Shown here: in pieces, positions 1 to 8,877 of the stretch | Position numbering within the stretch: the first letter of the stretch is position 1 | Layout of the letters: every line of letters begins with the position of its first letter | Source: Gemmatimonadales bacterium | GTDB lineage: Bacteria > Gemmatimonadota > Gemmatimonadetes > Gemmatimonadales > GWC2-71-9 | Reading direction: 5' to 3' | NCBI GenBank assembly: GCA_044869265.1 | Contig: JBIOXD010000050.1 | Coordinates: forward strand, 42,369-106,368 | Length of the DNA stretch: 64,000 nucleotides | Notes under the pieces: generated by a model | Databases searched by the model: none | What the model saw: only the letters and a program-made list of their open reading frames with translations | What the model was told of the DNA's origin: nothing | Position numbers and translations under genes: made by a program

Positions 1-2
1 TG

Positions 3-554
3 GACATCGACCTCATCATCCGCGGCACCTGCTGCCTGCGCGCCGGGCTTCCAGGCGTCTCCGAGCGGATCCGTGTGATGAGCATCGTCGACCGCTTTCT
101 GGAGCACAGTCGGGTCTTCTACTTCAGCAATGCCGGCAACCCCGAGGTTTTTCTCGCGAGCGCGGACTGGATGCCGCGCAACTTCGTGCGACGCATCGAA
201 GTGATGTTCCCCATCGAGGATGCGCAGCTGAAGGCGCGCATCGTGGACCGCATCCTGCCAACAATTCTCGGCGACAACGTCAAGGCGCGGTTGCAGAACC
301 CCGACGGCTCCTATCGCCGCGTCACGCCCGGGGAAGCGCAAGCGACCATTCGATCACAGACCGTGCTCCACAGCCTGGCGCGCGGCTCCGCGCAGATCGT
401 CGGCCATGCAGCCCACCGTTTGTTCGTTCCCGTACCGCGGCGCAACGGGAAGAAGGGGAAGGGCGAATCGCGTCGGGCCACCGCGACGCAACGCGTCCGG
501 CGCGGCGCCAAGGGCTCGTCGGGGCGAAAAGTGCCGGATGACGGATCGACCTAG
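3..554 (+). CDS. ppk: Polyphosphate kinase 1, C-terminal fragment (5' end lies outside the window)
   Basis: Frame-3 translation from nt 3 reads [45 protein letters not shown]...[20 protein letters not shown]. This is the conserved C-terminal catalytic region of PPK1. ORF-track entry 75..554 is only the part after an internal Met. Confidence 0.9.
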   Translation, partial: DIDLIIRGTCCLRAGLPGVSERIRVMSIVDRFLEHSRVFYFSNAGNPEVFLASADWMPRNFVRRIEVMFPIEDAQLKARIVDRILPTILGDNVKARLQNPDGSYRRVTPGEAQATIRSQTVLHSLARGSAQIVGHAAHRLFVPVPRRNGKKGKGESRRATATQRVRRGAKGSSGRKVPDDGST

Positions 555-1507
555 GCGGGGACGCGCGACCGGCGGCGTGCCGGCCGGCGCCGCTCCGGAG
601 TGGGGCCTGGTCGCGTTGGCTGCAGCTGGCGGATAGCTGCGCCAACCTCCTGCTCGAGCTCGACTCCCGCTGTCGACCAATCCGCACGCAGGGCCGTCAG
701 TAAGCCGGTAACGTCGGCCTCCAGCACCTTCGTCGCGGCCGCTATGCCCACCGGCTGGTCCAGCTCGGCGGCCCTACGCAGCTCGGCACCCAGCTCGTGA
801 GCATCCGTCAACCCGCCGAGCAAATCCTGCAGCCGTTTCAGCTGGTCGATCAACCGCGCTCCACGCGCGATGTCACGCTCGACGGGCTCGAGCAGATAGC
901 GCAGGCGCTTGGCCGCGATGCGGGTCGCATGCAGATCTGCGGCGCTGGTGGCCCCGCGATCGTCGAAGCGTTTGCGCAGGTCCATCACGTACTTCACCAA
1001 CGCCGCTGCGGCGATCGTCCGAAACGGAGGCTCGTGCGGGCCGGCATTGGATTGCAGTGAGGTGAGCGCGTTTCGGATCTTGGGCTCGAGCTTAGCGAAG
1101 CGGCGCTGGAGCTTCGCATGGCAGTGCGCCTGCGCACGGCGGCGTCGTGCGCGCAGACGTGCCCGGAGCGCGCCGAGCGCCGCGCGCTGCGACGGGGTGA
1201 AACGCGCGGAGCGGTCGCGAAACCACGTGAGCTGTGCCTCCGCGTCGCGAATCGTATTCGTCGCGCGGGCCAGCTTGCGCAGGCGGCGGCGATGTTTTCT
1301 GGGCACGCCTTCGTGCAAGCCGGGATAGGCGCGCAGCGTCACCCTCAACCGGCGGACGGCTACGCGGAAGTCGTGGAGCGCCTCGGCGTCGGCGCGATCG
1401 CTCAATCGCGCGGCGGCCGCCACTGCGTCGTCGAGGTAGTGCGACGCGAGCACGATGGCGGCGTCCACGGCGGGACGATCGAGGAGATCAGGGGGGAGGG
1501 TGCGCAT
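551..1507 (-). CDS. CHAD domain-containing protein
   Basis: ORF 551..1546 (-). Helical protein with [17 protein letters not shown] and [14 protein letters not shown] motifs typical of CHAD, in the usual genomic context next to ppk. Start set to the ATG at 1507 (MRTLPPDLL), which overlaps the sixA stop as TGATG. An upstream start at 1546 is possible. Confidence 0.75.
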   Translation of the reverse strand: MRTLPPDLLDRPAVDAAIVLASHYLDDAVAAAARLSDRADAEALHDFRVAVRRLRVTLRAYPGLHEGVPRKHRRRLRKLARATNTIRDAEAQLTWFRDRSARFTPSQRAALGALRARLRARRRRAQAHCHAKLQRRFAKLEPKIRNALTSLQSNAGPHEPPFRTIAAAALVKYVMDLRKRFDDRGATSAADLHATRIAAKRLRYLLEPVERDIARGARLIDQLKRLQDLLGGLTDAHELGAELRRAAELDQPVGIAAATKVLEADVTGLLTALRADWSTAGVELEQEVGAAIRQLQPTRPGPTPERRRPARRRSRVPA

Positions 1508-2004
1508 CACCCCAATGCACGCAAATGGCTCGGGCGCAGCACCCATTCGATCATCGCCTCGCCCGCGTCAATGCGCTCCCCAAGATCGAGCAGGCAGGCG
1601 CCGCCTTTGCCAAGCTCGACGAACGACTGCTCCACCCCCGCGGCGAGCCAGCTGACGATAGTGCCGAGCGACGGCTCGTGGCCCACGACGGCGACCGTCT
1701 TGCGTGCCGCCTGGCTGCGCAGCCACGCGGCCAATGCCGACGGATGTTGACCGGGTGTTAGCGCATCCACCTTCAGCGGTTCGCCTTTGTCGAACACCTT
1801 GGCCAGGATCAGCGCCGTCTGCATCGCGCGAGTCAGTGGGCTGCTGGCCAGGACGTCGAGTTTCGGTACCAGCGAACGCAGTCCCTTCGCTGCTTCCTTC
1901 ATCTTCTTCTTGCCGTCGGCGGTCAGGGGGCGGGTATCGTCGTCGCGCGGCGCCCACGCTTCGCGATCTTCCGCAATGCCGTGACGCACGATAAGCAGTT
2001 GCAT
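1507..2004 (-). CDS. sixA: SixA-type phosphohistidine phosphatase (histidine phosphatase superfamily)
   Basis: N-terminus MQLLIVRHGIAEDRE with the RHG catalytic motif, about 165 aa, and a later GHEP motif (VAVVGHEPSL). This is the typical SixA architecture. Confidence 0.8.
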   Translation of the reverse strand: MQLLIVRHGIAEDREAWAPRDDDTRPLTADGKKKMKEAAKGLRSLVPKLDVLASSPLTRAMQTALILAKVFDKGEPLKVDALTPGQHPSALAAWLRSQAARKTVAVVGHEPSLGTIVSWLAAGVEQSFVELGKGGACLLDLGERIDAGEAMIEWVLRPSHLRALG

Positions 2005-2054
2005 GCTGCGGAAAGTGGCGCACCGTGCGGCGGTTTGGCAACTTTGAGCCCACT

Positions 2055-5000
2055 ATGATTCTGCTCTCGGCCCTCCTTTTCGTCGTCCAAAATCCGCCAG
2101 CTTCCGCACCCCCAGCCGCCCAGCGCGACACCGCGCACATCGTCATTGTCGCCACGACCGATATCCACGGCAGGGTCCTGGGGTGGGACTACGTCAAGGA
2201 CATGCCAGCGCCGGGCGGGCTGTCCCGCGTCGCGACCGCGCTCGAAACGCTACGGGCGCGCTATCCCGCCAACCTGATCCTCGTCGATGCGGGCGATCTG
2301 TTGCAGGGCAACCCCTTTGCAGCCTATTTCGGCCGTTACGACAAGCGGCAGCCGCATCCGATCGTCGACGCGCTGAACGTGCTGCAATACGACGTCGTGA
2401 CGCCAGGAAACCACGACTTCGACTTCGGCGTCGACTTCCTGCGTACCGCGGCCAAACAGGCCACCTACCGCTACGTCTCGGCGAACATCGAGGACTCGAC
2501 CGGCGCGCCATTCTTTCCCCAAACGGTGATCTTGGCGCGCGGGCCGGTGAAGGTGGGAATCACTGGCTTCACCACGCCGGGCGTGATGCTGTGGGATCGG
2601 ACGCAGCTGGGGGTGGGGGGGCGGGCGCGCGTTCGGCGCATCGCGGGCGCTGCGGGACCAGCCCTCGCGCGGCTCGAAGGTGAAGGCGCCGATCTGAAGA
2701 TCGCGCTGATCCACAGCGGGTTCGGTGAGTCGTCCTATGATACGACCGGCGTTGGTCCGGAAAACGAAGCCGCGGCGCTCGCCAGCGCGACGCCGAAGCC
2801 GGATCTCGTCATCGTCGGACATACGCATCGCGAGGTTCGCGATACCGTGATCAACGGCGTGCATTTTGTCCAGCCGAAGAATTGGGCGCAGAGCCTCGCG
2901 GTCGTGCACGTCTCGTTGGGCAAGGAGCCGGGAACAGACAGATGGCGGGTGACCAAGGTGCACGCGGACCTGCAACCGCTGGCGGCCGTGGCCGAGCAGC
3001 AGCGTTTTACCCGGCGTGTCGACGCCGCACACCAGGCCGCGCGACAGTGGGCCGGGACGCCGGTGGGCACCGCGGGGCCCGGCTTCGACGCCCGCTACGC
3101 GCGCGCACAGGACACCCCACTGCTCGACTTCATCAATGAAGTGCAGCGGCGCAAAGCCGGCGCGCAGCTGTCGGCGACCGCCGCCTTCGAGGTCCAGGGG
3201 GGGGGCCTCCCCGAAGGCACCGTCCACCAGCGCGATCTCTCGGGGATCTATCCCTACGAAAACACGCTGCGCGCCGTGAAGATCTCGGGCCAGCAGCTGC
3301 GCCAATTTCTCGAGCATTCCGCCCGCTACTTCCGTACCTACGAACCGAATCAGCCAGTCATCAACGACAGCGTCCCGGGCTACAACTACGATGTGGTGAG
3401 CGGTGTGGTCTACAACATCGACCTCTCGCGGCCGGTCGGTCAGCGCATTCGCGGCTTGGCTTATGAAGGAAAGATCGTTCAGCCGACCGACACTTTTACG
3501 ATGGCGCTGAACAGCTATCGCCAGTCAGGTGGCGGTGGCTACACGATGGTGGCGCGGGCCCCGATCGTATACGACGGCGGTGAGGACATTCGGGAGCTGC
3601 TGGTCGAGGAGGTCCGGCGGGCCCGGACGCTGCAGGCCGCGAGCTATCTGCGGTCCAGCTGGGCCGTCATTCCGGACCCGGCGCGCGCCGCGGCCCGGGC
3701 CGCGTTTGCGGCGGCCATCACCGTGCGTGTTCCGGACAGCACAATCCTTCGGGTTTTGGCGCTCTCGGACCTGCACGGCCAGCTGGAATCGCGGACCTGG
3801 GATTGGTCGGAGGGGCGGCCCGTCGGGGGTATGGCGGCGCTTAAACCATGGTTTGATAGTCTGGCTCGCGCGTGCGCCTGTACGACGGTGCGTCTCGACG
3901 CGGGGGATCAGATGCAGGGCACCGCGCTCTCGAACCTGACGCACGGTCGCACAACGGTCGATGCCTTGAACACACTGGGCCTCGATGCCGCCGCCATCGG
4001 CAATCACGAGTTTGACTGGTCGGTGGATACGCTGCGCGCCCGGATGCGGGAGGCCAAGTACGCGTTTGTTTCTGCGAACATCACGAACACGGCAGCGAAC
4101 GCACGTCCCGACTGGGTGACGCCGTGGACGCTGATCACGAAGTACGGCCTGCGCATCGCGGTGATGGGATTGACGACCAGCGCGACGCCGACCAGCACGG
4201 CCGCTCGCAACATACGCGGCCTGGCGTTCGGCGATGGCGCGCAGGCGATCAAGCGTTATCTCCCGGAGGCGCGCGCGGCCGCCGACTTCGTCATCGTCGT
4301 GGCGCATGCCGGCGCAATCTGTGAAGAGACCTGTCGCGGCGAGATCATCGAAGTCGCGCGCCAGCTCGACTCCGGCGCCGTCGATCTGATTGTCGCCGGC
4401 CACACGCACTGGGGTGTCAATACCGTCGTGAACGGCATCCCGATCATCGAGGCGCAATCGAACGGTCGGGCGATCGGTGTCGCCGATTTCGTTCGAGTCG
4501 GTGGCAGGAGTCGAGAAGTGCGGATGCAGCTGATCACACCGTACGCCGACCAGGTACACCCCGATCCTGCGCTCGTGGCGACACTGGCACGCCAGCAGGA
4601 GGCCGTGCGGGTGGCAACGGAGCGCCCCGTCGCGCGATTGAAGTTTCCGTTGAAACGTGAAGGCGACGAGTACGGGTTGGGCCGGCTGATCGCCGACGCG
4701 CAGCGGAGCGCGGGGCGTGCGGATGTAGCGATCATGAACAACGGCGGCATCCGGTCGGATTTGCGCGAGGGTGTCGTCACGTGGGGCAACCTCTACCAGG
4801 TGCAGCCCTTTCAGAATCGGCTGCAGCGGCTCACCGCATCGAGTGCGGCTCTGCTCGCCGCGCTGGAGCATTGTGTCACAGGGGGTGGCCGGCTGCCCGA
4901 TTGCCACATCGCGGGCGTGGAGGTCTGGTACGACGCGCGCAAGGAGTCGGGCAAGCGCATCGTCCGGACCCGGCTGGCCAACGGCAGGAGCATCGAGAAG

Positions 5001-5204
5001 GATCGCACCTACACCCTCGTCGTCAGCGACTTCATGGCGACCGGCGGCTCGGGGTTTGCCATGCTGAACGCCGTCCCGCGAGAGGACATCGACGTCGTGG
5101 ATCTCGACGCGCTGATCCGCTACCTGAGTGTGCTGCCGTCCCCTGTCGAGGCTCCGGCCGAGCCGCGATTCCACCGCATCGATCAACCCGGAACCCGCCG
5201 CTGA
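2055..5204 (+). CDS. Secreted tandem-module metallophosphoesterase/nucleotidase (CpdB-like 2',3'-cyclic phosphodiesterase/3'-nucleotidase module plus UshA-like 5'-nucleotidase module; YfkN-like)
   Basis: ORF 2025..5204. Two complete repeats of calcineurin-like metallophosphoesterase motifs plus a 5'-nucleotidase C-terminal domain. Module 1: TTDIHGR, DAGDLLQGNP, GNHDFDFG, GHTH. Module 2: LSDLHGQ, DAGDQMQGT, GNHEFDW, AGHTHWG. Hydrophobic N-terminus MILLSALLFVV from the ATG at 2055 looks like a signal peptide. Confidence 0.85.
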   Translation: MILLSALLFVVQNPPASAPPAAQRDTAHIVIVATTDIHGRVLGWDYVKDMPAPGGLSRVATALETLRARYPANLILVDAGDLLQGNPFAAYFGRYDKRQPHPIVDALNVLQYDVVTPGNHDFDFGVDFLRTAAKQATYRYVSANIEDSTGAPFFPQTVILARGPVKVGITGFTTPGVMLWDRTQLGVGGRARVRRIAGAAGPALARLEGEGADLKIALIHSGFGESSYDTTGVGPENEAAALASATPKPDLVIVGHTHREVRDTVINGVHFVQPKNWAQSLAVVHVSLGKEPGTDRWRVTKVHADLQPLAAVAEQQRFTRRVDAAHQAARQWAGTPVGTAGPGFDARYARAQDTPLLDFINEVQRRKAGAQLSATAAFEVQGGGLPEGTVHQRDLSGIYPYENTLRAVKISGQQLRQFLEHSARYFRTYEPNQPVINDSVPGYNYDVVSGVVYNIDLSRPVGQRIRGLAYEGKIVQPTDTFTMALNSYRQSGGGGYTMVARAPIVYDGGEDIRELLVEEVRRARTLQAASYLRSSWAVIPDPARAAARAAFAAAITVRVPDSTILRVLALSDLHGQLESRTWDWSEGRPVGGMAALKPWFDSLARACACTTVRLDAGDQMQGTALSNLTHGRTTVDALNTLGLDAAAIGNHEFDWSVDTLRARMREAKYAFVSANITNTAANARPDWVTPWTLITKYGLRIAVMGLTTSATPTSTAARNIRGLAFGDGAQAIKRYLPEARAAADFVIVVAHAGAICEETCRGEIIEVARQLDSGAVDLIVAGHTHWGVNTVVNGIPIIEAQSNGRAIGVADFVRVGGRSREVRMQLITPYADQVHPDPALVATLARQQEAVRVATERPVARLKFPLKREGDEYGLGRLIADAQRSAGRADVAIMNNGGIRSDLREGVVTWGNLYQVQPFQNRLQRLTASSAALLAALEHCVTGGGRLPDCHIAGVEVWYDARKESGKRIVRTRLANGRSIEKDRTYTLVVSDFMATGGSGFAMLNAVPREDIDVVDLDALIRYLSVLPSPVEAPAEPRFHRIDQPGTRR

Positions 5205-6457
5205 TGCGGGTTTTCATCAACGACAAAGCGGTCGATGTCCCGCGTGGCGCCCGAGTGCGCGACGCGGTTGCGCAGGCGGATGACGGCCTCGCGCGCCTGC
5301 TCGACACCGCCGCGTATGTGACGGATGCCGCCGGTCGTCCGATCGATTCGGGCGATCCGATCGCCGAAGCGGGCGCGGTGTTCCGCGTCGTGGTCTCCGC
5401 CAAACGGGAAGGGAAGCCCCCCCCCCGGCTGACCAAGGAGGCATTGCGCCGCTGGCCCAAGGCCGAGCTGCACGTGCACCTCGATGGCGCGCTGCGACCG
5501 GCGACGATGCTCGAGCTGGCGCGCGAGCAGGGGGGGGGGATTCGCCTTCCAGCCGACACACCGGATGGACTGGCGAAGGCGATGCTCGTGCGCGGCGCGC
5601 AGAGCCTCGAGGAGTACCTCGAGAAGTACATGATCACGCTGTCGGTTCTCCAAACGGCGCCTGCACTCGAACGCGTGGCGTACGAGTTCGTGCTAGATAA
5701 GGCGGCGGAGAATGTGCGCTACGTCGAAGTGCGGTACTCGCCGCTGCTGCATCGTCCCGCGTTGACCTTGGCGCAGGCCATTGAAGCGCCCCTCGCCGGG
5801 ATTCGGCGGGCGTCGGCGGAAACGGGAACGAAAGTGGGCCTCATCGTTTGCGCGATGCGCACCAAGCCGCCGGCCGAATCGCTCGAGCTCGCGCGAGTGG
5901 CCGCGGAGTATCACGGCGCCGGGGTGACCGCGTTCGATCTCGCGGGAGCCGAGCGCGGCCATCCAGCCCGGGATCATCGCGCGGCGTTCGAGTATGCGGC
6001 GTCGCACGGCATGGCCTGCACCTGTCATGCTGGTGAGGGCGATGGCCCACACTCGATCCATCAGGCGCTCTACGAGTGCGGCGCTCAACGCGTCGGTCAT
6101 GGAACACGCCTTCTTGAAGACCCGGTGTTGCTCGACGAGGTCGTTCAACGCCGTATCCCGCTTGAAATGTGTCTCACGAGCAACCTGCACACGCATGTCG
6201 TGTCGGCGGTGGCGGAACATCCCTTTCGACGCTATTTCGAGCAGGGCGTCGTGGTCACGCTGAACACCGACGGCCCGCTGACCGACGGCATCACGCTGAC
6301 CGACGAGTATTATCTCGCGCACACCGCATTGGGACTCGGTCCCGCCGAGCTGACGCGCGTGGTCCTCAATGCGTGCGAGAGCGCCTTTCTCCCGGAATAC
6401 GAAAAGGTCGCGCTGGTCGCACGGGTGCAGAGTGAGCTCGAGGGGGGGACTACTTGA
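5204..6457 (+). CDS. add: Adenosine deaminase with a ~75-aa N-terminal extension
   Basis: WPKAELHVHLDGALRP, CHAGE and TLNTDGP motifs of adenosine deaminase. The ATG at 5204 overlaps the upstream TGA (cTGATG). The longer ORF-track entry 4781..6457 overlaps the nucleotidase gene and is not used. Confidence 0.9.
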   Translation: MRVFINDKAVDVPRGARVRDAVAQADDGLARLLDTAAYVTDAAGRPIDSGDPIAEAGAVFRVVVSAKREGKPPPRLTKEALRRWPKAELHVHLDGALRPATMLELAREQGGGIRLPADTPDGLAKAMLVRGAQSLEEYLEKYMITLSVLQTAPALERVAYEFVLDKAAENVRYVEVRYSPLLHRPALTLAQAIEAPLAGIRRASAETGTKVGLIVCAMRTKPPAESLELARVAAEYHGAGVTAFDLAGAERGHPARDHRAAFEYAASHGMACTCHAGEGDGPHSIHQALYECGAQRVGHGTRLLEDPVLLDEVVQRRIPLEMCLTSNLHTHVVSAVAEHPFRRYFEQGVVVTLNTDGPLTDGITLTDEYYLAHTALGLGPAELTRVVLNACESAFLPEYEKVALVARVQSELEGGTT

Positions 6458-7881
6458 TGTCCTGGCGCCGCGTTGCGTGGGCGTTTGCCATTACGTTCGT
6501 GTGTACCCTGACCGTTATTACCGTGCCGCAGCTGTTATGGAAGACCGTCACCGGTGCGGTAGCGCAGAGCCCAGCGCAGGACACGACGAAAGCGCAACCC
6601 GCTCCAACCGCGCCGCTCGCCCAGGAGCCAGCCGCTCCACAGCCAACGACCCCGCGCTCCATCGGATCGCGTTTGACCGGCTTTTTTGGACTGGTCGTGA
6701 TCTTGGGGATCGCGATCGCCTTCTCACGCAACCGCCGTGCGATCAGCTGGCGCGTCGTGGCGTGGGGCGTCGGGCTGCAGCTTCTCTTTGCGATTTTCGT
6801 GCTGCGCGTCCCCTTTGGGCAGGAGGCATTCCGGTGGCTCGGCGCCACCGTCACGACGATTCTGAACTTCTCCTACGCCGGCTCGGAGTTCGTGTTCGGG
6901 GAAATCGGCAAGCAAAGATCGAGCATCGGCGTCGTGTTCGCGTTTCAAATCATGCCGGCGATCATCTTCGTCTCCGCGCTGTTCGCGATCATGTACTACC
7001 TCGGCATCATGCAGGTCGTGGTGAAGGCGTTGGCGGTGGCGATGAACAAGATCATGGGCGCGAGTGGCGCGGAGAGCCTCAACGTCGCGGCGTCGATCTT
7101 CATGGGGCAGACGGAGGCACCGCTCACGATTCGGCCGTTCCTGCCACGCATGACGATCTCCGAGCTGATGACGGTGATGACGGCGGGCATGGCGCACGTA
7201 TCGGGATCGATCATGGCGGCCTACATCGCCTTCGGCATCGAAGCGCGCCACCTGCTCACGGCGGTGATCATGACGGCGCCGGGGACGATCATGATGGCCA
7301 AGGTCCTGGAGCCTGAAACGCAAGTCCCCGAAACGCGCGGCACGGTGACGGTCAACATCCCGCGCACCGATGTAAACGTGCTCGACGCCGCGGCGCGCGG
7401 AACCAGTGAAGGCTTGCACCTCATGCTCAACGTGATCGCGATGCTGATTTCGTTTATCGCACTCATCGCGCTCGTCAACGGATTGTTCGGTTGGATCCAT
7501 GGTTTTGTGCCGTGGTTCCCTGAGACACTCCAGACCGTGCTCGGCTGGATCTTCCGTCCAATTGCATGGGTGATGGGTGTGCCGTGGCACGACAGCGGAG
7601 CTGTCGGCGCATTGCTGGGCGAGCGCATGGTTATCAACGAGTTCATCGCCTACGCGCATCTCGGACCGATGAAAGGCACGCTCGATCCGGTCTCGTTCAC
7701 GATCGCCACATTCGCGCTGTGCGGTTTTGCGAACCTGAGCTCAGTGGGGATTCAAATCGGCGGCATCGGCGCACTCGCGCCGGAGCGCAAGCACGACCTG
7801 GCGCGTCTGGGCTTCCGGGCGATGATCGCCGGGACTCTGGCCAATTTCCTCTCGGCGACGCTGGCGGGAATTCTTTTGTAA
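6457..7881 (+). CDS. nupC: NupC/CNT family concentrative nucleoside transporter
   Basis: Polytopic membrane protein with CNT-family blocks: GLVVILGIAIAFSRNRRAISWRVV, FAFQIMPAIIFVSAL, ESLNVAASIFMGQTEAPL and FALCGFANLSSVGIQIGG. The ATG at 6457 overlaps the add stop (TGATG). Confidence 0.85.
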   Translation: MSWRRVAWAFAITFVCTLTVITVPQLLWKTVTGAVAQSPAQDTTKAQPAPTAPLAQEPAAPQPTTPRSIGSRLTGFFGLVVILGIAIAFSRNRRAISWRVVAWGVGLQLLFAIFVLRVPFGQEAFRWLGATVTTILNFSYAGSEFVFGEIGKQRSSIGVVFAFQIMPAIIFVSALFAIMYYLGIMQVVVKALAVAMNKIMGASGAESLNVAASIFMGQTEAPLTIRPFLPRMTISELMTVMTAGMAHVSGSIMAAYIAFGIEARHLLTAVIMTAPGTIMMAKVLEPETQVPETRGTVTVNIPRTDVNVLDAAARGTSEGLHLMLNVIAMLISFIALIALVNGLFGWIHGFVPWFPETLQTVLGWIFRPIAWVMGVPWHDSGAVGALLGERMVINEFIAYAHLGPMKGTLDPVSFTIATFALCGFANLSSVGIQIGGIGALAPERKHDLARLGFRAMIAGTLANFLSATLAGILL

Positions 7882-8726
7882 TGGGGCCTGGGGCCTGGGG
7901 CCTAGGGCCTGGGGATGTGAGTGACGCTTCGGCTGCGGTCCGAATGCATCTGGGGAAGCACAAACCGCGGGTCGCGATCGTCCTCGGCTCCGGCCTGGGA
8001 TTCCTCGCTGATGAAGTAGAAAAGCCGATCCGCATCACGTACAGCGCGATTCCCGGTTTTCCAGAGCCTGGAGTCGCTGGTCACAAAGGCGAGCTGGTTG
8101 CCGGGACGCTCGAGAAGGTCCCGGTGATCGTCCAGGCCGGACGCTTTCACCTTTATGAGGGCCATTCAGCCGCAACGGCGGGGCTACCCGCCCGCGTGTT
8201 TGGCGAGCTCGGCGTCGAGATCCTGATCGTGACCAACGCCGCGGGAGGCGTGCGGCGCACGTTCCAGGGCGGGACACTGATGCTCATCGCCGATCACATC
8301 AATCTCATGTGGCGCAATCCACTCGCCGGCCCGGCGCAGCCCGGCGAACAGCGCTTCCCTATCATGCACGATCCATACGACCGCGACCTGCGCGACCTCG
8401 CCCGAACCGTCGCCCGCGACCAGGGGATCGCGCTCGAAGAGGGTGTGTACGCCGCCCTGCTCGGCCCCTCCTATGAGACGCCTACCGAGGTTCGGATGCT
8501 CGAGCGACTGGGGGCGGATGCGGTCGGAATGTCCACCGTGCCGGAGGTGCTCGTGGCGCGCTCGCGGGGCATGCGCTGCCTGGGCTTCTCCATTATTACA
8601 AACCCCGGGGCAGGAATCACCAGCGAGGCCCTGTCCCACGAAGATGTCCTGGCGGTGAGCCAACAAGTGGCCCGCCGCTTGTCCGTCCTACTAAGAGGAA
8701 TCCTGGGCCGGTTGATCTTGGGTTAA
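7881..8726 (+). CDS. punA: Purine nucleoside phosphorylase (trimeric PNP / inosine-guanosine phosphorylase family)
   Basis: VAIVLGSGLG, GHKGELVAG, GRFHLYEGH, NAAGG and MSTVPEV motifs. The ATG at 7881 overlaps the nupC TAA (TAATG). The true start could instead be the GTG at 7917, downstream of the GGGGCCT repeat. Confidence 0.88.
   Translation: MGPGAWGLGPGDVSDASAAVRMHLGKHKPRVAIVLGSGLGFLADEVEKPIRITYSAIPGFPEPGVAGHKGELVAGTLEKVPVIVQAGRFHLYEGHSAATAGLPARVFGELGVEILIVTNAAGGVRRTFQGGTLMLIADHINLMWRNPLAGPAQPGEQRFPIMHDPYDRDLRDLARTVARDQGIALEEGVYAALLGPSYETPTEVRMLERLGADAVGMSTVPEVLVARSRGMRCLGFSIITNPGAGITSEALSHEDVLAVSQQVARRLSVLLRGILGRLILG
7883..7914. repeat. Heptanucleotide tandem repeat (GGGGCCT)x4 plus a terminal GGGG
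   Basis: Direct reading: ggggcct ggggcct ggggcct agggcct gggg, located exactly at the nupC|punA junction. Confidence 0.95.
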
Positions 8727-8877
8727 TCCCTCTAGTCGGTATCTCCGCCATTAGTTCCTGACCGTTCTTTTGCAACCTTTTTTCAACTTGTCCTGTCATA
8801 TCAATCGTTAACCGCCGCGCGCTCGCCGTCAGCGTTCGCGACCGGGGTCCACCGTCAAACTTCAGCTCCGGACGCAT

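Noticed and set aside
2604-2630. G-run ctgggggtgggggggcgggcg as a G-quadruplex element (similar runs near 31071 and 43165)
   Set aside because: It lies inside coding sequence, translating to Gly/Arg-rich loops. It is isolated, non-periodic and expected in a high-GC genome.
3525-5186. 553-aa ORF on the minus strand
   Set aside because: It lies entirely antisense to the well-supported nucleotidase gene. The product is Arg/Gly/Pro-rich low-complexity with no motifs. This is a typical high-GC shadow ORF.
4781-5203. Upstream extensions of ORF-track entries (4781..6457, 30694..32565, 17743..19506, 7566..8726, 21612..22094)
   Set aside because: The extensions overlap the preceding well-supported genes and lack homology. 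Internal starts that coincide with the upstream stop codons, or that yield signal peptides, were preferred.
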